From: an uncultured Planctomycetota bacterium
Lineage (GTDB): Bacteria > Planctomycetota > PLA2 > JAEUHO01
Direction of reading: 5' to 3'
DNA length: 64,000 nucleotides
NCBI GenBank assembly: GCA_963752285.1
Contig: CAVVXN010000005.1
Coordinates: 1,632,001-1,696,000, forward strand
Shown: positions 19,796-29,479 of the stretch, in pieces
Numbering within the stretch: position 1 is the stretch's first letter
How the letters are laid out: each line of letters starts with the position of its first letter
The notes under the pieces: generated by a model
What the model was told of the DNA's origin: nothing
What the model saw: the letters and a program-made list of their open reading frames with translations, nothing else
Databases searched by the model: none
Translations under genes and position numbers: made by a program

Positions 19796-21763
19796 ATGAG
19801 CGCACGCATCCGATTCCGTGGCGGCCCGCTCGCGGGCAAGGTCTACGAGTTCGACGACGACCACGCGTCGATCGTGGTGGGGCGGGATCCCGAGCGCTGC
19901 GACGTCGTCCTGCCCGCGGACTGGGTCGCGGTCGGCCGCGAGCACCTCGCGCTGCACCGGTCGCTCGGGCGGTACCGACTCGTCCTCAGCCCGAACCACG
20001 CCGTCTACCTCGACGGCGAGCGCGCGCTGAGCGACACGACCCTTCCCGACGTCGCGACCTTGACGCTCGGCGAGAACGGCCCGCGGATGGTCGTGCACAC
20101 GGTCGGCTCCGACGCCGTCCCCCCCACCCTGGAGCCCGAGGAGTCGGCGCCCGACACACCTGCGCTCCTCGTCGCCGCGATCCGCCGCTCGCGAGCGAAC
20201 CGGCGGATCCTGCTGGTCACCGCGGGCGCGCTGGTGATGCTGGCCCTCGCGGCCGTCGGCGCCCTCCACGCGACGAGCCGGCGGGTGGGCGCGGTGAGCG
20301 AGGAGCAGGCGTCCGTCCGGGGACGGCTCGCCGCGGAGTCGGAGACGCTGCGCAAGATCGAGGCGGAGCAACACGAGGTCACGGAGGGGCTGCGGTCGCG
20401 TCTCGAGGGGATGGACGCCTCCCTCGAGAAGCTCCGGCCCGACTTGACCGGGCTCCGCCAGGCCGTCGCCGGCCTCGGCCCGCGCATGCAGGGCCTGGAG
20501 GAGCGGATCCAGCGGCTTTCGCCGCGCATCCGGGAGGCGCTCCACCGGGCCGCACCGTCGGTGTACGTCGTGATCGTCCGGCGCGAGCAGGGCGACGACG
20601 TCTTCGGCACCGCGTGGGTGGGAGGTCCCGGGGTGCTCGTCACGAACGCGCACGTGGCGCGACTCTTCGAGCAGATGAAGGAGCGCCCGGACCTCGCCGA
20701 CGCGAGCCTCGTCGCGCGCTCTCCCGGCAAGGAGCCGAAGGATCACGTCGTCGAGTCGGTCGAGATCCACCCGGGCTGGCAGGCCTTCACCGCGCTGTGG
20801 GACGAGTACCGCCCGACCGACGTGGACGTCGCGGGGCGCCTGAACCCGCTCTACACGGCGGGCGCCTGCGATGTCGCCCTCCTCCACGTGAGCGATCCCG
20901 ACACGCTCGCCCCTCCGCTCGAGATCGCGCCGGAGGCCGACCTCCTCGCGCTCGACGCCGGCGACGTGGTCGGCTTCGTGGGCTACCCCGCCGAGAACAT
21001 GGCCTCGGGCGGCGTGAACCCGAGCCGGCCGATCGCGCAGACGCAGGTCGCCCACGTCACCGCCGTGACGAACTACTTCCTCGCGCCCGACGAGCCCGAG
21101 GACGCGCTCCTGGTGCAGCACTCGCTCCCCGCGACGGGCGGCGCGAGCGGCAGCCCGATCCTCGACCCGGACGGCCGGGTCGTCGCGGTACTGAACGCCG
21201 GCAACGTGACGATCGGGGGCTTCGGGCAGCGGATCCCGAGCGCCGTGCTCGTGAACTTCGCACAGCGGGCCGACCTGGTGTCGGAGCTCCTCGAGCACCG
21301 CGCCGCGGCCGCGCAGGAGGGCCGGACGAAGCGCTGGCGCGAGGGCATCCGTGTGTTCACCTCGCTCCGCGCGGCGGTCGAGAGGAACTCTCTCGACGTG
21401 GAGCGCCGGTACCTCGCCGTGGTCGAGGCGCGCGAAGGGAAGAAGCCGGAGGCGCTCGAGCAGCGCGACGGCGTGCTCGGGGCGGGACAGACGTCGCCCG
21501 AGCCCCAGACGAAGGACGAGATCCAGGTCCACCTGCCCGGGGCGGGCCTCTACGTGTTCTTCGTCTACGCGGCGATGGGCCAGAGCGTCGGCCTCGAGGC
21601 GGCTCCCGCGGCGACGCCGGACGCGCCGATCGGGACGGACCGCCGCGACCGCTGGTACGCGCTGATCGAGATGAAGGCGGACGGAGAGACGGACCTCGTC
21701 GTGCGCGTCCTCGGTCCGCGGGACACGGAGTACCGCCTCCACACGTGGCGCGTCGTGCCGTAG
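19796..21763 (+). CDS. FHA-like domain + TM + coiled coil + trypsin-like serine protease
   Basis: IVVGRDPERCDVVL...VGREHL; TM RILLVTAGALVMLALAAVGAL; catalytic triad TNAHV / CDVALL / GGASGSP. Confidence 0.8.
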   Translation: MSARIRFRGGPLAGKVYEFDDDHASIVVGRDPERCDVVLPADWVAVGREHLALHRSLGRYRLVLSPNHAVYLDGERALSDTTLPDVATLTLGENGPRMVVHTVGSDAVPPTLEPEESAPDTPALLVAAIRRSRANRRILLVTAGALVMLALAAVGALHATSRRVGAVSEEQASVRGRLAAESETLRKIEAEQHEVTEGLRSRLEGMDASLEKLRPDLTGLRQAVAGLGPRMQGLEERIQRLSPRIREALHRAAPSVYVVIVRREQGDDVFGTAWVGGPGVLVTNAHVARLFEQMKERPDLADASLVARSPGKEPKDHVVESVEIHPGWQAFTALWDEYRPTDVDVAGRLNPLYTAGACDVALLHVSDPDTLAPPLEIAPEADLLALDAGDVVGFVGYPAENMASGGVNPSRPIAQTQVAHVTAVTNYFLAPDEPEDALLVQHSLPATGGASGSPILDPDGRVVAVLNAGNVTIGGFGQRIPSAVLVNFAQRADLVSELLEHRAAAAQEGRTKRWREGIRVFTSLRAAVERNSLDVERRYLAVVEAREGKKPEALEQRDGVLGAGQTSPEPQTKDEIQVHLPGAGLYVFFVYAAMGQSVGLEAAPAATPDAPIGTDRRDRWYALIEMKADGETDLVVRVLGPRDTEYRLHTWRVVP

Positions 21764-21791
21764 CGCCGGGCCCATCGGGCGCGGCGTCGGG

Positions 21792-23834
21792 TCAGACGGT
21801 GCGGACCAGGCGGGCGAGCGCGTGCGCGACCTCCGCGGCGTTCGCGGGCCGGTCGCCTGGGTCCGTCGCGAGGAGCGACGCCACGAACCGGTCCACGGCC
21901 GGCGCGACGTCGGGTCGGAACTCGGCGAGCCGGGGCGCGGCCTCGTGGCGCAGGCGATCGAGGAAGGCGCGCGGATCGGGTGAACCGTCGGCCAGGGGCC
22001 GGAAGCCGACCATCCACTCGAAGACGATCACGCCGAGCGCGTAGAGGTCGGTCCGCCCGTCCACCGGTTCGCCGGCCGCCTGCTCGGGCGCGAGGTACGC
22101 GAGCGTCCCGGCGAGGTCCGCCTCGCGCGGATCCACGTTCGCGACGCCCATGTCCACGATCACGGGCGAGCCGTCGTCGCGGAGGATCACGTTCTCGGGC
22201 TTGAGGTCGCGGTGGACCACGCCGGCCCCGTGGAGGGCCGCGAGCGAGAACGCGAGGTTCAGAGCCACGCGTCCGACCCGCGCGAACGGGGGGTCGGGCT
22301 CGGCCTCCATCGCGACGCGGAGCGGACGGCCGGGCACGTACTCTCGGACGACGTAGAAGCCGCCGTCGTCCTCCTCGCCCACCGCGAAGACGCGCGCGAC
22401 GCCCGGGTGGCGGACGCGCGACGCCGCGAGGAGCTCGGTCCGCGCGGCGTTCGCAAGGCGCTCGCGCCGCGCGCCGTCGTAGACGCGCTCGAGGTGGAGG
22501 ACCTTCAGGGCCACCTCACGCCCACGTACGGGGTCCCAGGCCTGGTACACCTCGCCCATCTGGCCGCGGCCGAGCAGCGCGAGCGTGACGTACGCGCCGT
22601 CCGCGGGCCGGCCCCCCGCGCTCCGAGGACGCGGGGGCTCCTCGATCGCCCCCTCGACGAGCGCGAGGGACGCCATCGCCTCGTTCAAGAGCGGCAGGAA
22701 GCGCCGGTAGCCGGACGCCCGTACGCGCCGCGACGCCTCGAGGAGCGTGGTCCGCGCGCCGGCCTCGTCGCCGCGATCGAGGAGGGCGCGCGCGAGGCGC
22801 ACCCGCGCCGGGATCTCGAGGTCGAGCACGTCCGCGCGCTCGAGCGCCACGACGCCCTCCCGGAGCACCCCGAGGCCGCTCGCGTCGCCCTCCGCGAGGA
22901 GCAGGTCGCCGCGGACGGCCTGGAGCATGCCGGTTCGGTACGACGAGGCCCCGGTCGGGGCGGTCGCCTCCGCCACCTCGAGCACCTGGCGGGCCTCGCG
23001 GTTCCGCCCGTGCCGCAGGTGGAGCGCCGCGAGGTCCAGCCGCGCGAAGAACGCGATCTCCGCGTGGCCGTGGCGCTGGGCGAGGACGATGGCGCGCGCG
23101 AAGGCCTCGGCGGCCTTCGCGTCGTCTTCGAGACCCGCCCACGCCCGGCCCAGGTCCTCGTGCATGCGCGCCTGCGCGCGGAGGTCGCCCTGCTCGCGGG
23201 CGAGCGCGAGGTCGCGTTCGAAGCAGCGCACCGCGTCGCCGAAGCGCCCCGCCCGGAGCGCGACCCGGCCGAGGTTGCCGATGGTCACCGCCAGGCCCCG
23301 CCGGTCGCCGAGGACGGCCTTGTCCACCAGCGAGACGGCGAAGTAGAAGGTCGCGGCCTCGAGGCGGCCACGCGTCGCGTGCACGAGCCCGATCGAGTCG
23401 TCCACGTGGGCGCGCGCGAGGACGTTGCCCGTCTGCTCGTAGAGCCGCGCCGCCTCGAGGAGCACGGCGAGCGCGCGGCCGGTGCGCCGCAGGCGGTCGT
23501 AGGCCATGCCCATCACGTGGAGGGCGCGCGCGCGAAGCGCCGGGGCCTCGCAGCTCCGCTTCGCCACGGCCCGCGCGGCCTCGAGGACCCGCTTCAGGTC
23601 GTGGCCCTGACGCAGGTCCACGTACGCGAGCTCCAGCCGCGCCGCGTCGCCGACGACCGGGAGGGCCGCGTCGAGGTCCACGCGTGCCTCCTGGTCACGG
23701 CCGATCGCGAGGCGTGCGAGCGCGCGCGCGTAGCGCTGCTCGGCGGTCAGGGCCTCGACGTCGGCACCCTCGCGCGCGGGCGAGCGCGGCGCGGGCGGCG
23801 GAGGGACGTCGGGGGCGGGCGATCCTTCGGACAC
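21792..23834 (-). CDS. TPR-repeat Ser/Thr protein kinase (C-terminal kinase domain)
   Basis: TPR-like helices, then LGRGQMGEVY, VALKVL, HRDLKPEN, DMG, GTLAYLAPE, DLYALG; start approximate. Confidence 0.85.
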   Translation of the reverse strand: MSEGSPAPDVPPPPAPRSPAREGADVEALTAEQRYARALARLAIGRDQEARVDLDAALPVVGDAARLELAYVDLRQGHDLKRVLEAARAVAKRSCEAPALRARALHVMGMAYDRLRRTGRALAVLLEAARLYEQTGNVLARAHVDDSIGLVHATRGRLEAATFYFAVSLVDKAVLGDRRGLAVTIGNLGRVALRAGRFGDAVRCFERDLALAREQGDLRAQARMHEDLGRAWAGLEDDAKAAEAFARAIVLAQRHGHAEIAFFARLDLAALHLRHGRNREARQVLEVAEATAPTGASSYRTGMLQAVRGDLLLAEGDASGLGVLREGVVALERADVLDLEIPARVRLARALLDRGDEAGARTTLLEASRRVRASGYRRFLPLLNEAMASLALVEGAIEEPPRPRSAGGRPADGAYVTLALLGRGQMGEVYQAWDPVRGREVALKVLHLERVYDGARRERLANAARTELLAASRVRHPGVARVFAVGEEDDGGFYVVREYVPGRPLRVAMEAEPDPPFARVGRVALNLAFSLAALHGAGVVHRDLKPENVILRDDGSPVIVDMGVANVDPREADLAGTLAYLAPEQAAGEPVDGRTDLYALGVIVFEWMVGFRPLADGSPDPRAFLDRLRHEAAPRLAEFRPDVAPAVDRFVASLLATDPGDRPANAAEVAHALARLVRTV

Positions 23835-23870
23835 GGTGTCCCCAGGGTAGCGGGGGTAGGCTCCCGCTCC

Positions 23871-24761
23871 ATGGACCGCCGCGTTCGCGCACGCTTCGAG
23901 ATCCTCCTCGCCGCGACGCTCTTCTCGACCGGCGGGGCGGCGATCAAGGCGATCTCGCTCGGCGGCTGGCAGGTGGCGGCGGGGCGCTCCCTGTTCGGCG
24001 CGCTCGCGCTCTTCGTCCTCGTGCCCGGCGCCCGCCGCGTGTCGGTCCCGAGGACGTGGCTCGTCGCCGCGCCCTACGCGGCGACCCTGATCCTGTACGT
24101 CCAGTCGAACAAGCTCACGACCGCGGCGAACGCGATCTTCCTCCAGTCCACGGCCCCCCTCTACCTCCTCGCGATCGGCCCGCTCCTCCTCGGGGAGCGG
24201 ATCCGGCGCGCGGACCTGGTCTACATGGCGGCGCTCGCGACCGGCCTGGCCCTCTTCCTCGCGGGGCTCGAGCCGCCGCAAAGGACGGCGACGGACCCGG
24301 CGCTCGGAAACGTGCTCGCCGCGGTATCGGGACTCACCTGGGCGTTGACCGTTGCCGGGCTGAGGAGCCTCGCCCGGCCCGGCGCAGGGGGCGGCGAGGC
24401 GCGGGAGGCCCCGGCGGCGGCCGCCGCGGCCCAGGGGAACCTCCTCGTCGTCCTCGTCGCGCTGCCGTTCGCGCTGCCCCTCGCGGGCGCGAGCTTCTCG
24501 GACCTCCTCGGTGTCGCCTACCTGGGCACGTTCCAGATCGGGCTCGCGTACGTCTTCCTGGTCCGGGGCGTCCGCGACGTGTCGGCGCTCGAGGGGGGCC
24601 TCCTCCTGCTCCTCGAGCCGGTCCTGAACACCCTGGCGAGCTGGCTGGTCAACGGCGAGGTCCCGGGTCTGCTCGCGCGGGCCGGGGCGGGGGTGATCCT
24701 GGTCGCCACGGCGGCGCACGCGGTCCACACCCGGCGCCGCGCGCGCCCCGGCCCCGCCTGA
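23871..24761 (+). CDS. EamA/DMT family transporter
   Basis: LLAATLFSTGGAAIK, KLTTAANAIFLQSTAPLY, LLLEPVLN. Confidence 0.88.
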   Translation: MDRRVRARFEILLAATLFSTGGAAIKAISLGGWQVAAGRSLFGALALFVLVPGARRVSVPRTWLVAAPYAATLILYVQSNKLTTAANAIFLQSTAPLYLLAIGPLLLGERIRRADLVYMAALATGLALFLAGLEPPQRTATDPALGNVLAAVSGLTWALTVAGLRSLARPGAGGGEAREAPAAAAAAQGNLLVVLVALPFALPLAGASFSDLLGVAYLGTFQIGLAYVFLVRGVRDVSALEGGLLLLLEPVLNTLASWLVNGEVPGLLARAGAGVILVATAAHAVHTRRRARPGPA

Positions 24762-24780
24762 CGAAGCCGGGCGGCCGGGG

Positions 24781-25131
24781 TCAGGACACCTGTACGGCCG
24801 CGGCCTCCGTGTCGTAGGCCTGCACGACGTCGAGGATGCCGCAGATGTCGAGGACGCGCCGGACCTTCGGGGGGACGGAGGCGAGGACCAGGGTCCGATT
24901 CGCGTTCCGGGCGCTGGTGAAGGCCGCGGCGATCACGCCGACGCCGGCGCTGGTGATGTACTCGAGGTGCTCCAGGTTCAGTACGACCCGCTCGGGCCCG
25001 TCCTTCACCCGCTGGCGCAGCTCCTCCCCGAACTCGTACGAGTACGTGCTCTCCCCCAGGATCCCGCTCAACCGGTAGACGAGGCTCTTCCCGTCCTGAC
25101 TGGAGATGTGCTCGACGTCGAGATGGCTCAT
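24781..25131 (-). CDS. STAS domain anti-sigma factor antagonist
   Basis: VVLNLEHLEYITSAGVGVI...VPPKVRRVLDICGI. Confidence 0.88.
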   Translation of the reverse strand: MSHLDVEHISSQDGKSLVYRLSGILGESTYSYEFGEELRQRVKDGPERVVLNLEHLEYITSAGVGVIAAAFTSARNANRTLVLASVPPKVRRVLDICGILDVVQAYDTEAAAVQVS

Positions 25132-25200
25132 GGGCAGGGACTCCGACCCAAGAACCTACCAGCCCCCCCGCCCCTGCCAAGCGCCCAAAGCACCCCCCGC

Positions 25201-25490
25201 GCCAATGCCAAGCGCGCAAAGCGCGCAAGGCAAGGCCCCCCCGCCAATGCCAAGCGCGCAAAGCGCGCAAGGCAAGCCCCCCCGCCAATGCCAAGCGCGC
25301 AAAGCGCGCAAGGCAAGCCCCCCCGCCAATGCCAAGCGCGCAAAGCGCGCAAGGCAAGCCCCCCCCGCCAATGCCAAGCGCGCAAAGCGCGCAAGGCAAG
25401 CCCCCCCCGCCAATGCCAAGCGCGCAAAGCGCGCAAGGCGAGGCCGTCGCGCCAATGCCGAGCGCGCGAAGCGCGCAAGGCGAGGCCCCC
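25201..25490. repeat. tandem array of seven 41-42 bp units, each a hairpin
   Basis: GCCAATGCCAAGCGCGCAAAGCGCGCAAGGCAAG(C)7-8 starts at 25201, 25243, 25284, 25325, 25367, 25409 and 25451, plus a degenerate partial copy near 25170. Confidence 0.95.
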
Positions 25491-25507
25491 CGCGCCCCCC
25501 AGCGGCG

Positions 25508-25612
25508 TCCGGGGGGCTGAGAGCGTCGCGGAGTGGCCATGACGACGACGCCGCGTGCGAATGCACGCAAGGAGGAGGAAGGGTCGCTCAGCGGCGCTCT
25601 CAGCCCCCCGGA
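25508..25612. repeat. long inverted repeat immediately downstream of the gdh stop
   Basis: TCCGGGGGGCTGAGAGCGTCGC (25508-25529) against GCGGCGCTCTCAGCCCCCCGGA (25591-25612), one mismatch; internal GCGTGC/GCACGC hairpin. Confidence 0.8.
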
Positions 25613-25613
25613 G

Positions 25614-26864
25614 TCAGAGCCAGCCGCGGTCGCGGACGGCGGCCGCCACGCGCTGAACGGCCACGAGATAAGCCGCCAGCCGCATGTGCACCTTCTCCCG
25701 CTCCGCCATGTCGTTCACGGCGTGGTACGCGGCCGTCATCTTCTGGTCGAGGCGCTCGTGGACGAGTCCGATCGGCCAGTAGTAGTTGTACGTGTTCTGC
25801 ACCTGCTCGAAGTACGAAACGGTGACGCCACCCGCGTTCGCCATGAAGTCGGGCAGGACGTACACGCCCTTGTCGTAGAGGATCTTGTCGGCCTCGGGCG
25901 TGGTCGGGCCGTTCGCGAGCTCGCAGATCATCTTCGCCTTGATCCGCCCGGCGTTCTCGGCGGTGATCGCGTTCTCGAGCGCGCTCGGGTAGAGCACGTC
26001 CACGCCGAGCTCCAGGAGGTCGGCGTTCGTCACGGGGTCGGCGCCCGGGTAGCCGGTGACGCTGCCGTGCTCGCGCTTGTACTGGACGACCGATTGGGGA
26101 TCGAGGCCCTTCTCCGAGTAGATGCCGCCGCGGCTGTCGCTGACGGCGAGCAGGCGCGACGGGCCGAGGATCTCGTGGTGCAGCGTGGCCGCGAACTGGC
26201 CAGCGTTCCCGAAGCCCTGTACGGCGAAGCTCGCCCTCGACCAGTCGATGCCGCGGAGCTTCCCCGCCTCGCGGACGCAGTAGACGCCGCCGCGCGCGGT
26301 CGCGTCCATGCGACCGAGGGACCCGCCGAGGGTCAGGGGCTTCCCGGTGATGACGCCGGGATGGGCCTCGCCGAGGAGCGTCTCGTACTCGTCCAGCATC
26401 CAGGCCATGATCTGGGGGTTCGTGTACACGTCGGGCGCGGGGACGTCCTTCGTGACGCCGAGGACGCGGCCGACCGCGCGGATGTACGCGCGCGCGAGGC
26501 GCTCCTGCTCGGCGTGCGAGAGCTCCTTCGGGTTGCAGGTGACGCCGCCCTTGCCGCCGCCGAGGGGGATGTCCACGACGGACGTCTTCCAGGTCATCCA
26601 CGCGGCGAGCGCGCGGACGGTGTCGATCGTCTCGTCGGGATGCCAGCGGAGCCCGCCCTTCGTGGGACCGCGCGCGGAGTTGTACTGCACACGGTAGCCG
26701 TGGAAGATACGCGTGTGCCCGTCGTCCATCCGGACGGGCAGGGTGACGTGGTACTCCCTCAGTGGCCAGCGCAGGAGCTCCCGCATCGCATCGTCGAGTC
26801 CGAGCTTCTCGGCGGCTTCGTCGAACTGGCGCTGGGCGATCGTGAAGGGGTTCAGGTCCGACAT
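25614..26864 (-). CDS. gdhA: Glu/Leu/Phe/Val dehydrogenase (glutamate dehydrogenase)
   Basis: ARGPTKGGLRWHP, PLGGGKGG, DVPAPDVYT, VQGFGNAG, ELANGPTT, ANAGGVTVSYFE. Confidence 0.93.
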   Translation of the reverse strand: MSDLNPFTIAQRQFDEAAEKLGLDDAMRELLRWPLREYHVTLPVRMDDGHTRIFHGYRVQYNSARGPTKGGLRWHPDETIDTVRALAAWMTWKTSVVDIPLGGGKGGVTCNPKELSHAEQERLARAYIRAVGRVLGVTKDVPAPDVYTNPQIMAWMLDEYETLLGEAHPGVITGKPLTLGGSLGRMDATARGGVYCVREAGKLRGIDWSRASFAVQGFGNAGQFAATLHHEILGPSRLLAVSDSRGGIYSEKGLDPQSVVQYKREHGSVTGYPGADPVTNADLLELGVDVLYPSALENAITAENAGRIKAKMICELANGPTTPEADKILYDKGVYVLPDFMANAGGVTVSYFEQVQNTYNYYWPIGLVHERLDQKMTAAYHAVNDMAEREKVHMRLAAYLVAVQRVAAAVRDRGWL

Positions 26865-27026
26865 GCGTCTTCTCCCGGGTGTGACTCCTCCCCGAAGGGA
26901 TGCGCCCAGGATGGACCCGGATCGGGAAGCCGGGGTCCACTTTCCCGGTGCTCGCCGGCCCGATCGGGAGGCGTGCGCGATCCGGGCGACGGTGGGGCCC
27001 CGCCGCCGCCGGCATACGATGCGCGG

Positions 27027-29315
27027 ATGAACGCGGGCCCCCGGAGTCCCGAGGACGTCGCGGCCACGCGGGCGCACCTCGAGGCCTACCTCGACTCGTA
27101 TCCGGGGCTGAGGGGCCGCGTCTGCCGCGTGCTCCTCCTCCACCTCCACACCGCGGGGATCACGCGCATCGAGGACGTGTACGAGCGCGCGGAGCGGCGC
27201 GACGAGTGGCACGCGCCCCACGACCCGAACGTGCCCTCGAGCCACCTCTGGGCCGCCGACGAGGCCGAGGTGATCAACCGCATCGTCATCGACCTCGCGG
27301 CGAGACACCTGACGCCGGAGGAGGTGGACGCGATCGTCTGGTCCGCGCACCAGCGGGACGAGGCCAAGTCGGTGGAGGCGCTCGCTCGCATGCCCGACGT
27401 GCCCCTCACGCTGATCGCGCGCAAGGTGAGGCAGTTCTGCTCGCTCGCGGACGCGGCGGGTCGCCGGGCCGAGGCCCCCGAGGGAACGCTCGTCGCGCTG
27501 GTCCGGCGGTTCATCTCGGACCGGGTGGACTTCATCTCCCGGGCGAAGCGGTTCCTCGACGTCGGCCACATGGCGTGGGTGCTCGAGCGCGTGGTGGCGA
27601 CGGAGCGCGGCAGCGGCTGGGTCGGGGGGAAGGCGGCGGGCATGGTCCTCGCGTGGGCCATGCTGGAGCACGCCGGCATCGAGGACCTGGAGGTGCCGAA
27701 CACCGTCTTCGTGCTCACCGACGCGTACGCGGCGTTCAAGGAGCACAACGGCCTGACGGAGCTCGCCGACTTCAAGTACCAGCCGCTCGCCGAGATCCGC
27801 CACAGCCACCGCGCGATCCAGGCCGTGTTCCAGAACGCCGAGTTCCCGCCGTTCGTGGCAAACCGGTTGCGGGCGGAGCTGGGGCGGTTCGGGGACGTCC
27901 CGCTGATCGTGCGTTCGTCCAGCCTGCTCGAAGACTCGTTCGGCGCGGCGTTCTCGGGCATCTACCAGAGCCTGTTCCTCACGAACCAGGGCCCGCCCGA
28001 CGAACGTCTCCGCGCGCTGCTCGGCGCGATCGCCGAGGTGTACTCGGGCGTCTTCCACCCCAACGCGATCTCGTACCGGCGGCGTCACGACCTGATCGAC
28101 CACGACGAGCAGATGGCGGTGATGATCCAGCCCGTCGTGGGGCGCCCGTACGGTCGCCTCTACTTCCCCGCGGCCGCCGGCGTCGCGTTCTCGCGGAACG
28201 ACTACCGGTGGAACCGCCGCATCCGCCGCGAGGATGGCCTGATGCGCGTCGTCGTGGGCCTCGGCACGCGCGCCGTGGACCGGGTCGGGGACTTCGCTCG
28301 CATGGTGGCGCTCGCGAACCCGACGATGCGGCCCGAGGTGACGCCCGAGGAGATCGTCGCGGCCTCGCAACGACGGGTCGACGTGGTGGACCTCGAGGGC
28401 GGCGGGTTCCGCTCGGTCCCCGCGGCGGAGGCGCTCGAGGGCATGCGCGGGCACGGCCTCGCGGACTTCGTCTCGGTCGTCGAGCGCGGGGGTCACCTCG
28501 CCACCCCGGTCGGGACGCAGGTCGCGGAGCCCGCCGCGGACCTGTGCATCACCTTCGACCGGATCCTCCGGCAGGGCGCGTTCCCCCGGCAGATCCAGAA
28601 CGTGCTGAGGACGCTCGAACGGTCGTACAAGACGCCGCTCGACATCGAGTTCGCGTACCACGAGGGCCGGCTCTTCCTGCTCCAGTGCCGGCCGCTCCTC
28701 GGCATCGAGGAGCGCGCGAGGCGCGAGGTCCCGTCCGACGTCCCCAAGAAGGACCGCGTGTTCAGCGCGAACCGGTGGGTCAACAGCGGGACCGTGGACG
28801 GGATCCGGTACGTCGTGCTGATCGACCCGCGCGACTACGCGCGCCTCCCGAGCGTCGATCGGCGCGTCGAGCTGGCGGGGGTCGTGAGCCGCGTGAACGA
28901 GGCGCTCCAGGACCAGGCGTTCATCCTGATGGGGCCCGGTCGCTGGGGCTCGCAGGACATGCGCCTCGGCGTGCGCGTGGGCTTCGCGGACATCTGCCAC
29001 GCCCGGGCCCTCATCGAGATCGCGCGGTCGTCGGAGGGCCTGTGCCCCGAGCCCTCGTTCGGGACCCACTTCTTCCAGGAGCTCGTCGAAGCGGCGATCC
29101 ACTACCTGCCGCTCTATCCCGACGACGACGGCGTCCTGTTCGACGAGGGGTTCCTGCTGAGGTCGCCGAACGCGCTGGACCGCCTCGTACCGGACGCGGC
29201 GGACGCCTTCGGGGACGTGCTGCGGGTGATCGACGTCGAGGCCGTGGCGCCCGGACGCCGGCTCTGCCTCGTGATGGACGGCGAGCTCCAGGAGGCCCTC
29301 TGTTACCTCACCTGA
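27027..29315 (+). CDS. PEP/pyruvate-binding (PPDK N-terminal ATP-grasp-like) domain protein
   Basis: VGGKAAGM, PLIVRSSSLLEDSFGAAFSGIY, VGLGTRAVDR, DIEFA...LLQCRP, GPGRWGS, PSFGTHFFQ. Confidence 0.85.
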   Translation: MNAGPRSPEDVAATRAHLEAYLDSYPGLRGRVCRVLLLHLHTAGITRIEDVYERAERRDEWHAPHDPNVPSSHLWAADEAEVINRIVIDLAARHLTPEEVDAIVWSAHQRDEAKSVEALARMPDVPLTLIARKVRQFCSLADAAGRRAEAPEGTLVALVRRFISDRVDFISRAKRFLDVGHMAWVLERVVATERGSGWVGGKAAGMVLAWAMLEHAGIEDLEVPNTVFVLTDAYAAFKEHNGLTELADFKYQPLAEIRHSHRAIQAVFQNAEFPPFVANRLRAELGRFGDVPLIVRSSSLLEDSFGAAFSGIYQSLFLTNQGPPDERLRALLGAIAEVYSGVFHPNAISYRRRHDLIDHDEQMAVMIQPVVGRPYGRLYFPAAAGVAFSRNDYRWNRRIRREDGLMRVVVGLGTRAVDRVGDFARMVALANPTMRPEVTPEEIVAASQRRVDVVDLEGGGFRSVPAAEALEGMRGHGLADFVSVVERGGHLATPVGTQVAEPAADLCITFDRILRQGAFPRQIQNVLRTLERSYKTPLDIEFAYHEGRLFLLQCRPLLGIEERARREVPSDVPKKDRVFSANRWVNSGTVDGIRYVVLIDPRDYARLPSVDRRVELAGVVSRVNEALQDQAFILMGPGRWGSQDMRLGVRVGFADICHARALIEIARSSEGLCPEPSFGTHFFQELVEAAIHYLPLYPDDDGVLFDEGFLLRSPNALDRLVPDAADAFGDVLRVIDVEAVAPGRRLCLVMDGELQEALCYLT

Positions 29316-29393
29316 GGCGGCCGGGGCCCGGGGCGGAGACGATGGACCTCGCGGGGCCCCGCGCGGTCCACGAGGGTCACGGGGACGAGACGC

Positions 29394-29422
29394 TTGACCC
29401 GGGGGCCGGGGGCCCCTACGAT
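29394..29422 (+). promoter_or_regulatory. sigma70-type promoter for the leader peptide/ABC exporter
   Basis: TTGACC (29394-29399), 17 bp spacer, TACGAT (29417-29422). Confidence 0.75.
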
Positions 29423-29479
29423 CCTCCGCTTCCCCGTGGTCGCCGGAGGGTCCTCCGGAGGGATCACCAGGAGAGCCGG

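Noticed and set aside
25201..25490. CRISPR array interpretation of the 42-bp repeats
   Set aside because: Units are contiguous with no unique spacers, and there are no cas genes in the window
24518..25825. ORFs crossing the tandem repeat (PSAQSAQGK, ANAKRAKRAR and LARFARLAL repeat proteins)
   Set aside because: All frames stay open only because the unit lacks stop codons; core units show no synonymous variation, 41/42-bp periods shift frame, and there is no SD
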